Below, piece by piece: positions 35,497 to 47,076 of a stretch of 64,000 nt of DNA. Positions within the stretch are counted from its first letter, which is position 1. Each line of letters opens with the position of its first letter. The DNA is taken from assembly GCA_031292385.1 (NCBI GenBank), contig JARLHE010000031.1:34746-98745 (forward strand), in the 5' to 3' direction. Source of the stretch: Oligoflexia bacterium. GTDB lineage: Bacteria > Bdellovibrionota > UBA1018. A program made the translations under genes and the position numbers. The notes beneath the pieces were generated by a model. The model searched no databases. It worked only from the letters and a program-made list of their open reading frames with translations, and was not told the origin of the DNA.

Positions 35497-35970
35497 GTGC
35501 ATGAGCTGATCTCACCCACATTTAATCTGGCTGTCCTGATCGCAGTCCTCACCTACTTTTTGCGCCAACCCATCCGTGACTATGTTTCGGGCCGTCACCA
35601 TACGGTTCGAGATGAGTTGGCGCGGGTCAGCGAGCTTTTAAAAGACGCACAAGAAAAGAACAGCGAGTTTTCGGCGAAGCTTTCCGCCATCGACGCTGAA
35701 ATCGTGGCTATCCGTAAACAAGCGGTCCAAGATGCCGAAGCGATGAATCAACGAATCATCGCGAACGCGGTTCGCCTTTCGGCCGGCACTGTTGCCGATG
35801 CCCGATTGGCGGCAGAGGGTCTGTATTCGGACTTGAAGAGCGAGCTCTATCACGAGCTTGGTGCTCGGGTCATTGATCGCGCTGGCTCTCTTTTGAAGGA
35901 GCGCCTCACGGGCGACGACCGCGCTCGCATCCGCAAAGAGTTTTCCAGCCAGGTGGAGGCTGCACAATGA
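35497..35970 (+). CDS. atpF: F0F1 ATP synthase subunit b
   Basis: It has a GTG start, an N-terminal TM (NLAVLIAVLTYFL) and a coiled-coil stator arm. It lies immediately upstream of atpH. Confidence 0.75.
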   Translation: MHELISPTFNLAVLIAVLTYFLRQPIRDYVSGRHHTVRDELARVSELLKDAQEKNSEFSAKLSAIDAEIVAIRKQAVQDAEAMNQRIIANAVRLSAGTVADARLAAEGLYSDLKSELYHELGARVIDRAGSLLKERLTGDDRARIRKEFSSQVEAAQ

Positions 35971-36518
35971 GCGTGTCCAAATCCTACGCCAAGGTTCTTT
36001 ACGAGACCGTATCAGAGAACAAAAGCCCCCAGGAAATCGCGAAGGCTTGCGACGATCTTCAGGCGGCGCTTTCCGCGTTTGCGCGCATGCTCGATGAGAG
36101 CCGTGCGCTGCGTCTTGCTCTCGAGAGCCCGGTCACCAGTGTTCGCGAGAAGATCGCCGTGCTAACGGAAGTCTGCCAGCGTTCGAAGTTCCCCGAGGTT
36201 CTGGATCGATTTTTGGTCCTTTTGGCGAATAAGGGGCGCCTGTCGCTTTTTGCCGAAATTGTTTCGCTGTTTCGTGTGGTGCGCCTGGAGGCAGAGGGCG
36301 GGATTTTCGGCCATTTGACGTCCGCGGAAGCGATGACTGAGGCGGATGTATTGAGTCTTTCGCAGGCTTTTTCAAAAAAACTAGGTAAACGCGTGTCGTT
36401 CGAAGTCAAAACCGACCCGTCACTCCTTGCTGGGGTGAAGGTGACGGTAGGCGGCGTGACGTATAACGGGACGTTGCAGTCCCAGCTTGAAAAGCTTCGC
36501 GATCAATTCGTTTTGTAA
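35967..36518 (+). CDS. atpH: F0F1 ATP synthase subunit delta (OSCP)
   Basis: 183 aa with an OSCP-like N-terminus (YAKVLYE) and the conserved C-terminal region ([25 protein letters not shown]). Confidence 0.85.
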   Translation: MSVSKSYAKVLYETVSENKSPQEIAKACDDLQAALSAFARMLDESRALRLALESPVTSVREKIAVLTEVCQRSKFPEVLDRFLVLLANKGRLSLFAEIVSLFRVVRLEAEGGIFGHLTSAEAMTEADVLSLSQAFSKKLGKRVSFEVKTDPSLLAGVKVTVGGVTYNGTLQSQLEKLRDQFVL

Positions 36519-36529
36519 GAGAGGAATTT

Positions 36530-38038
36530 ATGCAGCTTCGTCCGGAAGAAATTACACAAATCTTGAAAACCCAGCTCGCCAGCTTCGAAAAGAGGCTGGA
36601 TGTCTCCGAAACGGGAACCGTGGTGACGGTCGGTGACGGCGTTGCCAGGGTTTACGGGCTTGAAAAGGCGATGGCCGGAGAATTGGTTGAATTCGGCGCC
36701 GGCGTGAGCGGGATGGTTCTTAATCTCGAAGAAGAAAGCGTCGGTATCACGATTCTGGGCGATGACACCCTGGTTAAGGAAGGTTCGACGGTTCGCCGTA
36801 CGAATAAGATCGTCCAAGTTCCGGTCGGTGAAGCGCTTCTCGGCCGCGTTGTGAACGCACTTGGGGTGCCGATCGACGGTAAGGGCGAGTTGAACGCGAA
36901 AGAGTTCCGCCGCATTGAAATCAAGGCCCCGGGCATCGTGGCTCGTCAGTCGGTTAAAGAGCCGCTGCAAACCGGGATCAAGGCGATCGATTCCATGATT
37001 CCGATCGGCCGTGGTCAGCGCGAGTTGATCATCGGTGACCGCCAAACCGGTAAGACCGCGGTGGCCGTTGACACGATCATCAATCAAAAGGGCCGAGGTG
37101 TTTACTGCATTTACGTGGCTATCGGACAGAAGCAATCCACGGTCGCCCAGGTGGTCGATAAACTTCGTCAGCATGGCGCGCTCGAACACACCATCGTCGT
37201 TGCCGCAACTGCCGCGGACCAGGCGCCGCTTCAGTTCCTGGCCGCGTATACCGGCGTGACGATGGGCGAGTGGTTCCGTGATAACGGCAAGCACGCCTTG
37301 ATCGTGTACGATGACTTGACCAAACAAGCTCAAGCTTATCGTCAGCTTTCATTGCTTCTTCGCCGTCCTCCAGGGCGCGAAGCGTATCCTGGCGACGTTT
37401 TCTATCTGCACTCGCGCTTGCTTGAGCGCGCCGCAAAGCTTTCCGACAAACTGGGCGGCGGGTCCTTGACCGCGCTTCCGATCATTGAGACCCAGGCCGG
37501 CGACGTTTCTGCGTACATTCCGACGAACGTGATTTCGATTACGGACGGTCAGATCTATCTTGAAACTGACTTGTTTTACTCGGGCGTGCGTCCTGCCGTG
37601 AACGTTGGTCTCTCGGTTTCCCGCGTCGGCGGCAGCGCGCAGATCAAGGCTATGAGACAGGTTGCGGGCACGCTGCGTCTTGAGCTCGCACAGTATCGTG
37701 AAAAGGCGGCGTTCGCTCAGTTCGGATCCGATCTTGATGCGGCAACGCAGCGCCAGCTCGGCCGCGGTCAGCGCCTGACGGAAATTCTGAAGCAAGACCA
37801 GTACGTGCCGATGTCGGTTGAGCGTCAGGTCGTGGTGATTTTCGCCGGCACGAACGGGTATCTTGATAAGCACCCGATCAACCGGTTGAAAGAATACGAG
37901 CAACAGCTGTCGGATTTCATGGCGAGCAAGCATCCGGCGATCTACACGGACATCGTGGCTAAGGGCCAAATCGACGCGGACATCAAAGGCCGCCTCGAAG
38001 CCGCTCTCCGCGAATTCGAAGGGATTTTCACGGTCTAA
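36530..38038 (+). CDS. atpA: F0F1 ATP synthase subunit alpha
   Basis: 502 aa with Walker [16 protein letters not shown] and the alpha-subunit signature regions. Confidence 0.95.
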   Translation: MQLRPEEITQILKTQLASFEKRLDVSETGTVVTVGDGVARVYGLEKAMAGELVEFGAGVSGMVLNLEEESVGITILGDDTLVKEGSTVRRTNKIVQVPVGEALLGRVVNALGVPIDGKGELNAKEFRRIEIKAPGIVARQSVKEPLQTGIKAIDSMIPIGRGQRELIIGDRQTGKTAVAVDTIINQKGRGVYCIYVAIGQKQSTVAQVVDKLRQHGALEHTIVVAATAADQAPLQFLAAYTGVTMGEWFRDNGKHALIVYDDLTKQAQAYRQLSLLLRRPPGREAYPGDVFYLHSRLLERAAKLSDKLGGGSLTALPIIETQAGDVSAYIPTNVISITDGQIYLETDLFYSGVRPAVNVGLSVSRVGGSAQIKAMRQVAGTLRLELAQYREKAAFAQFGSDLDAATQRQLGRGQRLTEILKQDQYVPMSVERQVVVIFAGTNGYLDKHPINRLKEYEQQLSDFMASKHPAIYTDIVAKGQIDADIKGRLEAALREFEGIFTV

Positions 38039-38041
38039 ATC

Positions 38042-38956
38042 ATGGCCAGCATCAAAGACCTTAAAAAGCGGATTGGGTCCGTAAAAAATACGCAACAAAC
38101 AACGCGCGCCATGAAAATGGTGTCGGCGGCGAAATTGCGTCGGGCCCAAGACGCCATCCAAAGTCAGCGCCCGTACGCGCAACAGATCGGCGAGTTGATC
38201 AGCCTCTGCCTTTCATTGACCGATGGCAAGATCGAGTCGCCGCTTTTCCGCGCGCAGAGATCTAGCGAATCCGAGGTCGAGGGTGAAAAGCCACGAGTTT
38301 TGCTTGTTCTCGTGACCTCTGATCGCGGTCTTTGCGGTGGTTTCAACGCCAACGTGATTAAAAACGCTCAGCGATGGGTGGCGGCCCATAAGTCGGAGTA
38401 CTCACGGATCGACCTCGCGTTCGTTGGGCGCAAAGGACACGACTACTTCAAGACGCGCGTGAAGGATCTTGGCCCTTATTTCTCGGAAGCCGGAGGGAAG
38501 GCGACGTTTGCGAAGGCGCAACAGCTTTCGAATTCGCTCGAAGTCCTCTTTCTTGAGGACAGGTATCAAGAGATCAAATTCGTCTATAACGAATTCAAAA
38601 ACGCCGTGACCCAGGTCGTTCAGGTGGAGGATTTTCTCCCGTTGACCGGTAAAGACAAGTCTTCCGGGCTTGAGGCCGGAGCCGCCGTTGAGCTTCCGAA
38701 TTATATCGTGAAGCCGGATCTCGAGACGGTTTTGACCAGCCTCATTCAGAAGAATTTTTCTGTTCAAGCGTTCCGGGTTTTGCTGGATTCACAGGCCAGC
38801 GAACACGGGGCCCGAATGTCTTCGATGGAAAACGCCACGAAGAACGCGGGCGAAATGATCAAGAAGCTGACTCTGCAATACAATAAGCAGCGTCAAGCAG
38901 GCATTACGAAAGAGCTGCTCGAGATTATCGCCGGCAGCGAGTCGCAAAAAGGTTAA
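38042..38956 (+). CDS. atpG: F0F1 ATP synthase subunit gamma
   Basis: 304 aa. The N-terminal helix IKDLKKRIGSVKNTQQTTRAMKMVSAAKLRRAQ and the C-terminal helix ...ITKELLEII are present. Confidence 0.9.
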   Translation: MASIKDLKKRIGSVKNTQQTTRAMKMVSAAKLRRAQDAIQSQRPYAQQIGELISLCLSLTDGKIESPLFRAQRSSESEVEGEKPRVLLVLVTSDRGLCGGFNANVIKNAQRWVAAHKSEYSRIDLAFVGRKGHDYFKTRVKDLGPYFSEAGGKATFAKAQQLSNSLEVLFLEDRYQEIKFVYNEFKNAVTQVVQVEDFLPLTGKDKSSGLEAGAAVELPNYIVKPDLETVLTSLIQKNFSVQAFRVLLDSQASEHGARMSSMENATKNAGEMIKKLTLQYNKQRQAGITKELLEIIAGSESQKG

Positions 38957-40393
<1,437 letters not shown>

Positions 40394-40398
40394 TTGGG

Positions 40399-40800
40399 AT
40401 GGCCCTTCAACTCACCATCCTTTCACCAGAGAAGCGGCTCCTCGAGTCCGGCGAGGCCGAAGAGGTCACGCTGACCACCGGAGAGGGCCTGATTCAGGTC
40501 CTTCCGGGGCACGCCGCGATGGTTGGAACGCTTGAGACGGGTACTTTCTCGTACCGCACGCCCGGCGGACAGACCTTGAGCGGGTTTATCAGCACGGGCT
40601 TTTTCGAGGTTCGTGACGACAAGATCAGCCTTCTTGCGGAGACGGTCGAAACCAGGGGCGATATCGACCTTGAACGCGCTCGGCGGGCCCAGGCCCGCGC
40701 GGAAGACGTGCTGAAGCAGATCGACCTGGATGAGGCTCGCCTTCAAAAGTACCGCCGGAAGCTCGAGCGTGCCATGATTCGTCAAAAGTTGGCTGAGTAG
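40399..40800 (+). CDS. atpC: F0F1 ATP synthase subunit epsilon
   Basis: 133 aa with an N-terminal beta-sandwich followed by C-terminal helices, at the end of the atp operon. Confidence 0.9.
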   Translation: MALQLTILSPEKRLLESGEAEEVTLTTGEGLIQVLPGHAAMVGTLETGTFSYRTPGGQTLSGFISTGFFEVRDDKISLLAETVETRGDIDLERARRAQARAEDVLKQIDLDEARLQKYRRKLERAMIRQKLAE

Positions 40801-40853
40801 GCAAAAGCTTCCCGCTTGCGCCTGCTTGGTTATAAGCTTACGCTTTAGCTACT

Positions 40854-43274
40854 GTGATGCGTGTCAGTTCCAGGATGGAAAAGACGAGCAGTTTCTCGTT
40901 CGCTCAGTTCGGCGCGGCTTCGGCCCGTTCGCTCGGCCTTGCTGCGAGCGCGCTTACGCTTTTCGCAGGCAGCTTTTTTCTTATTTCCTCGGGCTATTCG
41001 CTGTTTCAAAATCTTCGCGGAACGCCTACGACGATTGACACTCAATCCTTTACTTGGCTGAAAGACGTTCGTCTCGACGTCGAAAAGTCGCGATTGCCAT
41101 CCGATGCGGAGTTGTTGGTTGGGCCGCCATTGCCGCCGGCGGGTTGGGTCGCAAAGGCATCGTCCGTGAGCCCGAAGTCGCCGGCGCCATTACCGCCGAA
41201 GCCACATCGCCACGTCCGGCGTGTTATCGCTCAGGGCGCGAAACCTCAAAAGCTCAAGCAAACGATTGTTACCAGCCAGGCCGCTTCGATTGCAGTGGCG
41301 GCCGCGCCAGTCGCTTCACCGGAGTCGAAGCTTCAGGATGAAGTGGCGATGATGCAGGCCTTACATGCAGGTCTTCGTCAACGCTTTATGGTCGCGATGA
41401 GTACCCTTAATGTGACTACTCAAGTGGCGGTCGCCACAGCGACCCCCCCGGCTCAAAGTCAAAATCCGGAGCCGGAATCGGTGAATAATCATTGGCACCC
41501 CCTTCGTCGCCATAAGCCGGCGGCGAAGGCGCAAAAGTCAGTGGCTCAAGAAATTGCTCAGGATGTCGCCGAGAGTTCGAAGAAAGCAGAGCCTCAGCCC
41601 ACCATTCAGACGATGCATGAGCGCTATTTAGCGTTCCTTGCCGCGCAGAGAGCACAAGACCAGATTATATCGCGACCTCAGCAGCAGGCTCCGGATTCGA
41701 TGACTTTAACCCAAGCCGCTCCGGCGCCAGAGGCCGCTCCGATGAAGGAGCCGGATTCGGAAGTTACTGCTGACAATGATGACGAAGGTCCCTCCATCGA
41801 GGAAAAGACAGGCCCAGAGGCTGCAGCGGTAATGCCGCCGACCGAGGAGCTGAATCCATCACTGCAGAAGGACGCGGCACGCCTCTGGTCTGAATACTCA
41901 GTTCAAGAGGCTCAGCATATTACGACTTCCGCTGGGATCATTGTGAGTACTCAAAATTCAAGCCGCATTGTGACTACTCAAGGTCCGGCGGTTAAGATTC
42001 AAAGCCCTGTTGTGAGTAACCAACCTGTGACGGCGGCGGCTTCAAATTCTCTGCCGTCGGTTAGTGTTCCACCGGTTTCCGTGATCGCCTCGAACAGCCT
42101 TCCTTTCTCTGCGGACGCGCGGTCGGCTCTCAGGGCTCCCGCGGTTACGCCGGTTGTTTCTAAGACCAGGACGATGATTGAGGCCTTCGAGTGGTCAACC
42201 CCCGTATCGGGCGCCTCCTTTGTACGTTTCACGAACGAAGGTCCAAGCTCGACCCATGAGTTTGCGGGATGGGGCAAGGCCGAAGCTCCCGACCACTGGC
42301 CGACTCTTGCGAGAAGCAGTGTCGCCGGAGTCCCACTGATCTCAAGGAATTCCGCAAAGCTTCTTTCGGCGATCGCGGGTGTAACCCTCCAAGGGGACAC
42401 CGGTATCGTCTTCGGAAAAATTCCTTCCGGCTGGAACGTGCGAATTTCGGGTCGAGCCGAGCGGCCGGTTGTCTTGAATTATCAGAATCAAACGGTTGCT
42501 CCGCAAAGCAGCGACGGAGATCGGTACTTTGCCTTTTTGAATGTCACGCCTGGTGCGCATCTTGTCTATTTGGCGGACGCGAGTGGAGCCGAGCAAGGAG
42601 CCGTCGCGGCGGCGGTCCTCGATGGCACCTCTTCCTATTTTGATCTCACATCGATTTCACATGCGACCGCGAGCGGCCAAGTGCTCGATGGCTCGGGCGA
42701 GACAATCCATCCACAGTTGAGAGTTACTGTGCGCATTCTAGGAAAAGCCACCGCAGTGGCTCAGACGGACGACCATGGCCGTTTTCAAATCCCAAATGTA
42801 ACGACGGTTGGCGATTACCCGGTCTTTATCGAGACGGATGCCGCCGAAGGACATACGCATCGGTATCAGGTTAAAGCGCAGCAGCTTTCTTCGTTAACGT
42901 TGTATCGCCTCGACTCACGCGCGATTGAAGATTGGCTCAACCAGCTCGAAGGATCGATCAGTCCTGAGAGCGGGCTGATCGTCGCGGCACTTCCCAGTCT
43001 CGTGGCATCCTTCGGATCGACGGCCCATCTGCAGCCCGAGGTTCAAACCCTGGGCTCCACCGAAGCGACCCTGCAACCCGAAGTTTATACCCTCGACAGC
43101 ACGGGCCAGCTTGAGGTCCACGTTCCACTGGACGAGCAGGCCAATCGCTTCATTTCCGTCCAAATTCCCGAGGGTCCGGCGCTCGCGTCGCTTGTGGATT
43201 CAAGCGGGCAGGTGGTCTGGTCACAGATCGTTGTGTCTTCTCCGGGCGTCGTGAGCCTCATCGGACCGAACTAA
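40854..43274 (+). CDS. large membrane-anchored hypothetical protein with Pro/Ala/Gln-rich linker and C-terminal beta-rich (carboxypeptidase-regulatory-like) domains
   Basis: 806 aa. It has a single N-terminal TM or signal anchor (LGLAASALTLFAGSFFLISSGY). A roughly 350-aa low-complexity P/A/Q/S-rich region with short internal repeats follows (ASNSLP x2, LQPEV.TL.ST x2). The C-terminal segment RVTVRILGKATAVAQTDDHGRFQIPNV resembles CarboxypepD_reg/Cna-B folds. It may start at the MEKTSS at 40875. Confidence 0.5.
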   Translation: MMRVSSRMEKTSSFSFAQFGAASARSLGLAASALTLFAGSFFLISSGYSLFQNLRGTPTTIDTQSFTWLKDVRLDVEKSRLPSDAELLVGPPLPPAGWVAKASSVSPKSPAPLPPKPHRHVRRVIAQGAKPQKLKQTIVTSQAASIAVAAAPVASPESKLQDEVAMMQALHAGLRQRFMVAMSTLNVTTQVAVATATPPAQSQNPEPESVNNHWHPLRRHKPAAKAQKSVAQEIAQDVAESSKKAEPQPTIQTMHERYLAFLAAQRAQDQIISRPQQQAPDSMTLTQAAPAPEAAPMKEPDSEVTADNDDEGPSIEEKTGPEAAAVMPPTEELNPSLQKDAARLWSEYSVQEAQHITTSAGIIVSTQNSSRIVTTQGPAVKIQSPVVSNQPVTAAASNSLPSVSVPPVSVIASNSLPFSADARSALRAPAVTPVVSKTRTMIEAFEWSTPVSGASFVRFTNEGPSSTHEFAGWGKAEAPDHWPTLARSSVAGVPLISRNSAKLLSAIAGVTLQGDTGIVFGKIPSGWNVRISGRAERPVVLNYQNQTVAPQSSDGDRYFAFLNVTPGAHLVYLADASGAEQGAVAAAVLDGTSSYFDLTSISHATASGQVLDGSGETIHPQLRVTVRILGKATAVAQTDDHGRFQIPNVTTVGDYPVFIETDAAEGHTHRYQVKAQQLSSLTLYRLDSRAIEDWLNQLEGSISPESGLIVAALPSLVASFGSTAHLQPEVQTLGSTEATLQPEVYTLDSTGQLEVHVPLDEQANRFISVQIPEGPALASLVDSSGQVVWSQIVVSSPGVVSLIGPN

Positions 43275-44630
43275 CTTCACCCCTGCCTGGCGCGCTTTGC
43301 GCCCGCGTCTCGGCGGTTTCGCGGTTAATTGCGCGATGTCGTCCGCGGTGTCCGGAAGCGCCACTAAAAAACCTTCCGGCAGCGGGCTCGTCATATTTTG
43401 AACATCCGGATTCGCCGCGCGAAGCTCGTGCACGGAAACTCCGTAAAGAGCGGCCACCTGAACCAGGTTGCCCCGATGTTCCAAGCGTCTGAAGGCAACA
43501 GTCCCGATGCTGGTGGCGGGAGGCTCGCCGTAGAACAAGTGCCGATAGGCCTCGGCATGGACCATCGCAAGGAACTCCGCGTAGTAATTGCGACCCGCCC
43601 AGCCGAGCGGCGAGGCCTTATTGTTGGGATCGAATAGGCGCGCGATCCGGCCGAAATCATTGGAATGCTTGTCGCGCTCCAGCCGCGGCAAACCCTTGAG
43701 CCCGTGATTATACGAGGTGATCGCCAGCGCCCAATTGTTGAACCGCCGGTAGCTGTCGAGGAGCATCTTGCCGGCCGCGACAGTCGATTTGAGCGGAGAT
43801 AAACGTTCGTCGATTCCCCGTTCCGAATCGATGAGCATTAATTTATGTCCAGGGCCCGGCATAAACTGCCAGACGCCTTGAGCCCCGGTGCGAGAGTACG
43901 CGGAGAGGTCAAAGGAGCTCTCCACCAAAGTGAGGCGGCTCAGTTCGGTTGGCGCGCCCAGATCCGCAAGCACGCGCTCCATTTTCGGAAAATAGATTTC
44001 CGCGGCGAGAAGGCCTTTTACCACGTTATCGCGCTGGCCGGTTTGGGTTCGTAAATTATGCGCGAATTCCTGAAAACTTCGTTTTCCTTTGTAGCCTTTC
44101 AGAGCAGCCAGAATTTTGGTCTCGACGGGGTTCCGCCCACTGGTGCGACCACGGGTGCGAGCCAAATGCTCGAGCGTGGCGACATACGAGTGAACGGCCG
44201 CCTTCACGCGGCGTTCCCGAAGAATTTCGTAAACGACTTGGTTTCGCGCTGTGTGCGCAAGCTCCCGGAAATCGAGAACCTCATAGACGATCTCGGGATG
44301 GCGAGAGTCGAAGACTGCGACCTGCTGGGTAGTATAAAGGGTGTAAATCTTCAGCCAGAATTCAACTGACGGCCGAATCTGCGGCGGAATATGGAAAAGC
44401 GGATTAACGCGATGATCGGCGTCGGTGATCGCAACCGTCAGAGCTGAATCGTTGATCACGGGGTCCAGTAGATTGCCGTTGGACGCATATTGGCTTTTCA
44501 AGACGGGAGCGAGATCGAGTGCGCTCTGATCGGACCAGGTGACGACGTGGTCATAGGCGGCCGAAGCGCTTGTGACGTTTAGTGTTGCGATAAAACTCAG
44601 AAGGCAAATGCCCGCGATTGTCCGCTTCAT
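43221..44630 (-). CDS. membrane-bound lytic murein transglycosylase D-like (SLT/GH23 domain plus C-terminal LysM)
   Basis: It has a signal peptide (MKRTIAGICLLSFIATLNVTSASA), the GH23 catalytic motif ESSFDLSAYSRTGAQGVWQFMP and a C-terminal LysM (LVQVAALYGVSVHELRAANPD). Its 3' end overlaps the convergent upstream gene by 54 nt. Confidence 0.8.
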   Translation of the reverse strand: MKRTIAGICLLSFIATLNVTSASAAYDHVVTWSDQSALDLAPVLKSQYASNGNLLDPVINDSALTVAITDADHRVNPLFHIPPQIRPSVEFWLKIYTLYTTQQVAVFDSRHPEIVYEVLDFRELAHTARNQVVYEILRERRVKAAVHSYVATLEHLARTRGRTSGRNPVETKILAALKGYKGKRSFQEFAHNLRTQTGQRDNVVKGLLAAEIYFPKMERVLADLGAPTELSRLTLVESSFDLSAYSRTGAQGVWQFMPGPGHKLMLIDSERGIDERLSPLKSTVAAGKMLLDSYRRFNNWALAITSYNHGLKGLPRLERDKHSNDFGRIARLFDPNNKASPLGWAGRNYYAEFLAMVHAEAYRHLFYGEPPATSIGTVAFRRLEHRGNLVQVAALYGVSVHELRAANPDVQNMTSPLPEGFLVALPDTADDIAQLTAKPPRRGRKARQAGVKLVRSDEAHDARRRHNDL

Positions 44631-44774
44631 ACAGACGGCAGAAAAGCAAAGAGCTTGCCGTCTGCGGCACGCGCTAATTATTCGGAACTATTCGTAAATT
44701 ATCCTGCGCGCGAGCAAAAAGTGTCTAAGGATTAGACGGTTGTCGTAGCCTGCGTCAGGTTTGACACAGCATTG

Positions 44775-46409
44775 TTAGCCCAAAAACGGGTACCGATAAT
44801 CCTTAGCCGGGACGAATGTCTCCTTGATCGTCCGAGGCGAAAGCCACCGTTGAAGGTTGAGAAGGCTTCCTGCCTTGTCATTTGTGCCAGAGGCCCGAGA
44901 GCCGCCGAAAGGCTGCTGCCCAACCACGGCGCCCGTGGGTTTGTCGTTGATGTAGAAATTTCCGGCGGCGGAGCGCAGCCGCGAGGACATCAAATCCACC
45001 GCGATACGATCCTGCGCGAAGACCGCTCCGGTAAGCGCATACGGCGACGCGCGGTCGCAGAGGGTCAGCGTCTCGTCAAGTTTCGCGTCATCGTAAACGA
45101 AAACGCTCAGCACGGGCCCGAAAATTTCCTCAACCATGCTCTTATAGTCAGGCTTGGAAACGAGCAGGACCGTGGGGTCGATAAAGTAGCCGGTTTTCAT
45201 ATCGCCACCGCCGCCGGCGAGAATTTTCACGTCCGCGGAGGCCTTGGCGTGATCCAGGTAGCCGGAAATCCTCTTAAACGAGCGCTCATCGATCACTGCA
45301 TTGATGAAGTTTCCGAAATCACGGACATCGCCCCGTTTGAAAGTCTGAAGGTCTCCGAGGGCTTTGGCCTCGACCGCTTTCCAGAGGCTTCGTGGAATAT
45401 AGGCCCGTGAAGCCGCCGAGCACTTTTGTCCCTGGTATTCGAAGGCTCCGCGCAAAAGCGCGGTTGCCAGCGCATCCGGATCGGCCGATGCGTGCGCGAA
45501 TACGAAATCCTTTCCGCCGGTCTCGCCAACCAAGCGCGGATATTGCTCATAACGGGAGATGTTTTCCCCGACAGTTTTCCAGATGGACTGAAAAGTCGCC
45601 GTCGAGCCGGTGAAGTGGACGCCGCCCAGCTCTTTCATCGGAAGCAGCGTCGAGCCGGCGAGCGGCCCGTCAGCCGGAATCATATTGATCACGCCGTCGG
45701 GCAGTCCGGCCTCGCGCAACAGTTTCATCGTGTAGTGCGCGGCGAGCATTTGGGTGTCGGAAGGCTTCCAAACCACCACGTTCCCGAGCATAGCAGGAGC
45801 CGCCGGCAGATTGCCCGCGATCGCCGTGAAGTTAAAAGGCGTAATCGCGAGAACGAATCCGTCGAGGGGGCGGTAATCCATTCGATTCCAGACACCCGGG
45901 CTTGAAAGAGGCTGCTCCTCGATAATCCGTTGGTAAAAGTGAGCATTGAACCGGAAAAAGTCGATCAGCTCGCAGGCGGAATCAATTTCGGCCTGAAAGA
46001 CATTTTTGGATTGGCCAAGCATCGTCGCGGCATTGAGCGTGTCGCGATAGGGCCCGGACAGAAGGTCCGCGGCCTTGAGAAAAATCGCCGCGCGTTCTTG
46101 CCAAGGCATCGCTTCCCAAGCGGGCTTCGCTTTGAGGGCCGCATCGACTGCCGCGCGCATCTCGGCCGGGCCGGCCAAGTGAAATTCGGCGAGTGTTTCC
46201 CGATAAGAATGAGGCATGACCACCGCGCGCTTGTTGCCGGTGCGCACCTCCTTGCCGCCGATCACGCAGGGGATCTCGATGCGCTCGGCGGCCATTTGGT
46301 CAAGCCGGGCTTTCAAGGAGGTTCGATGCGAAATTCCTGTCGCGTCGTGAGGCGAATACGAACGGGCGGGCTCATTGTAGGGAGTAGGCGTAGAGATGCG
46401 TGCGGTCAT
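44775..46409 (-). CDS. L-glutamate gamma-semialdehyde (1-pyrroline-5-carboxylate) dehydrogenase
   Basis: 544 aa in the ALDH superfamily, with P5CDH-specific blocks (FEYQGQKCSAASRAYIP, EIFGPVLSVFVYDD, GAVVGQQPFGGSRASGTNDKAG). Confidence 0.85.
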   Translation of the reverse strand: MTARISTPTPYNEPARSYSPHDATGISHRTSLKARLDQMAAERIEIPCVIGGKEVRTGNKRAVVMPHSYRETLAEFHLAGPAEMRAAVDAALKAKPAWEAMPWQERAAIFLKAADLLSGPYRDTLNAATMLGQSKNVFQAEIDSACELIDFFRFNAHFYQRIIEEQPLSSPGVWNRMDYRPLDGFVLAITPFNFTAIAGNLPAAPAMLGNVVVWKPSDTQMLAAHYTMKLLREAGLPDGVINMIPADGPLAGSTLLPMKELGGVHFTGSTATFQSIWKTVGENISRYEQYPRLVGETGGKDFVFAHASADPDALATALLRGAFEYQGQKCSAASRAYIPRSLWKAVEAKALGDLQTFKRGDVRDFGNFINAVIDERSFKRISGYLDHAKASADVKILAGGGGDMKTGYFIDPTVLLVSKPDYKSMVEEIFGPVLSVFVYDDAKLDETLTLCDRASPYALTGAVFAQDRIAVDLMSSRLRSAAGNFYINDKPTGAVVGQQPFGGSRASGTNDKAGSLLNLQRWLSPRTIKETFVPAKDYRYPFLG

Positions 46410-46455
46410 GCCTTAAGCTTTATCACGTGGTCCGCTGGTTGCAATCCAGGCAGGC

Positions 46456-47064
46456 ATGAAAAAACACACCCTTGCAGTCGTCGTCTTATCGACCATCGGC
46501 ATGATCGCTATGTCTTCTGGATGCTCCACTTTCGGTGGAGGTCACAAAAGCAGCGAAGAAATCGCGTCGACCGGTCCAACTATTCTGACAGCCAAGTCGA
46601 ACCCGTCGACTATTGAGCTAGATCAAAACCTCGAGCCCAAGCAGAACGCATATGTCTTTGCGGACGTGAAGGATTTCAGCAGCCGGGTGCAGAACGTTCA
46701 CGTCAAGTTTCTTCACGTTCCTATCGACCTGCCGATGAAGCAGGTTGCCGGAACGACTTGGGAAGCCGAGCTGACGCCCGCTCAGTTGAAAGAGCTCGCC
46801 GTGAGCGGCCAGACGATTCGCTATCAGGCGAATATCGTCGCGATGAACGCGAAAGGCCAGACCGCGGTCGGGGCCTCCCCGCTTGAAATTTCAATCCGTT
46901 CGCCGGCACCGGATCAGCTGAGCGGCATAGCGGCGCCCCAAACTAAAAAACGAGCTACCGGCCAAGCCGGAGTCAGCGGAAGCAAATCCGGGACGACGGC
47001 AAAGGCCGCCGGCACTCCCGGCGAAAACCAACCGAGCGATAACAGCGCCGTCGAGCAGCACTGA
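46456..47064 (+). CDS. hypothetical secreted lipoprotein
   Basis: 202 aa. It has a signal peptide with a Cys in lipobox-like context (AMSSGC) and an S/T/G/A-rich C-terminal tail. No recognisable catalytic motifs are present. Confidence 0.5.
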   Translation: MKKHTLAVVVLSTIGMIAMSSGCSTFGGGHKSSEEIASTGPTILTAKSNPSTIELDQNLEPKQNAYVFADVKDFSSRVQNVHVKFLHVPIDLPMKQVAGTTWEAELTPAQLKELAVSGQTIRYQANIVAMNAKGQTAVGASPLEISIRSPAPDQLSGIAAPQTKKRATGQAGVSGSKSGTTAKAAGTPGENQPSDNSAVEQH

Positions 47065-47076
47065 TCGTGATACCGG

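Noticed and set aside
43030-43110. Tandem DNA repeats inside the 806-aa ORF as a possible independent repeat element.
   Set aside because: They are in-frame and encode the protein-level LQPEV.TL.ST repeats. They are part of the CDS, not a separate repeat feature.
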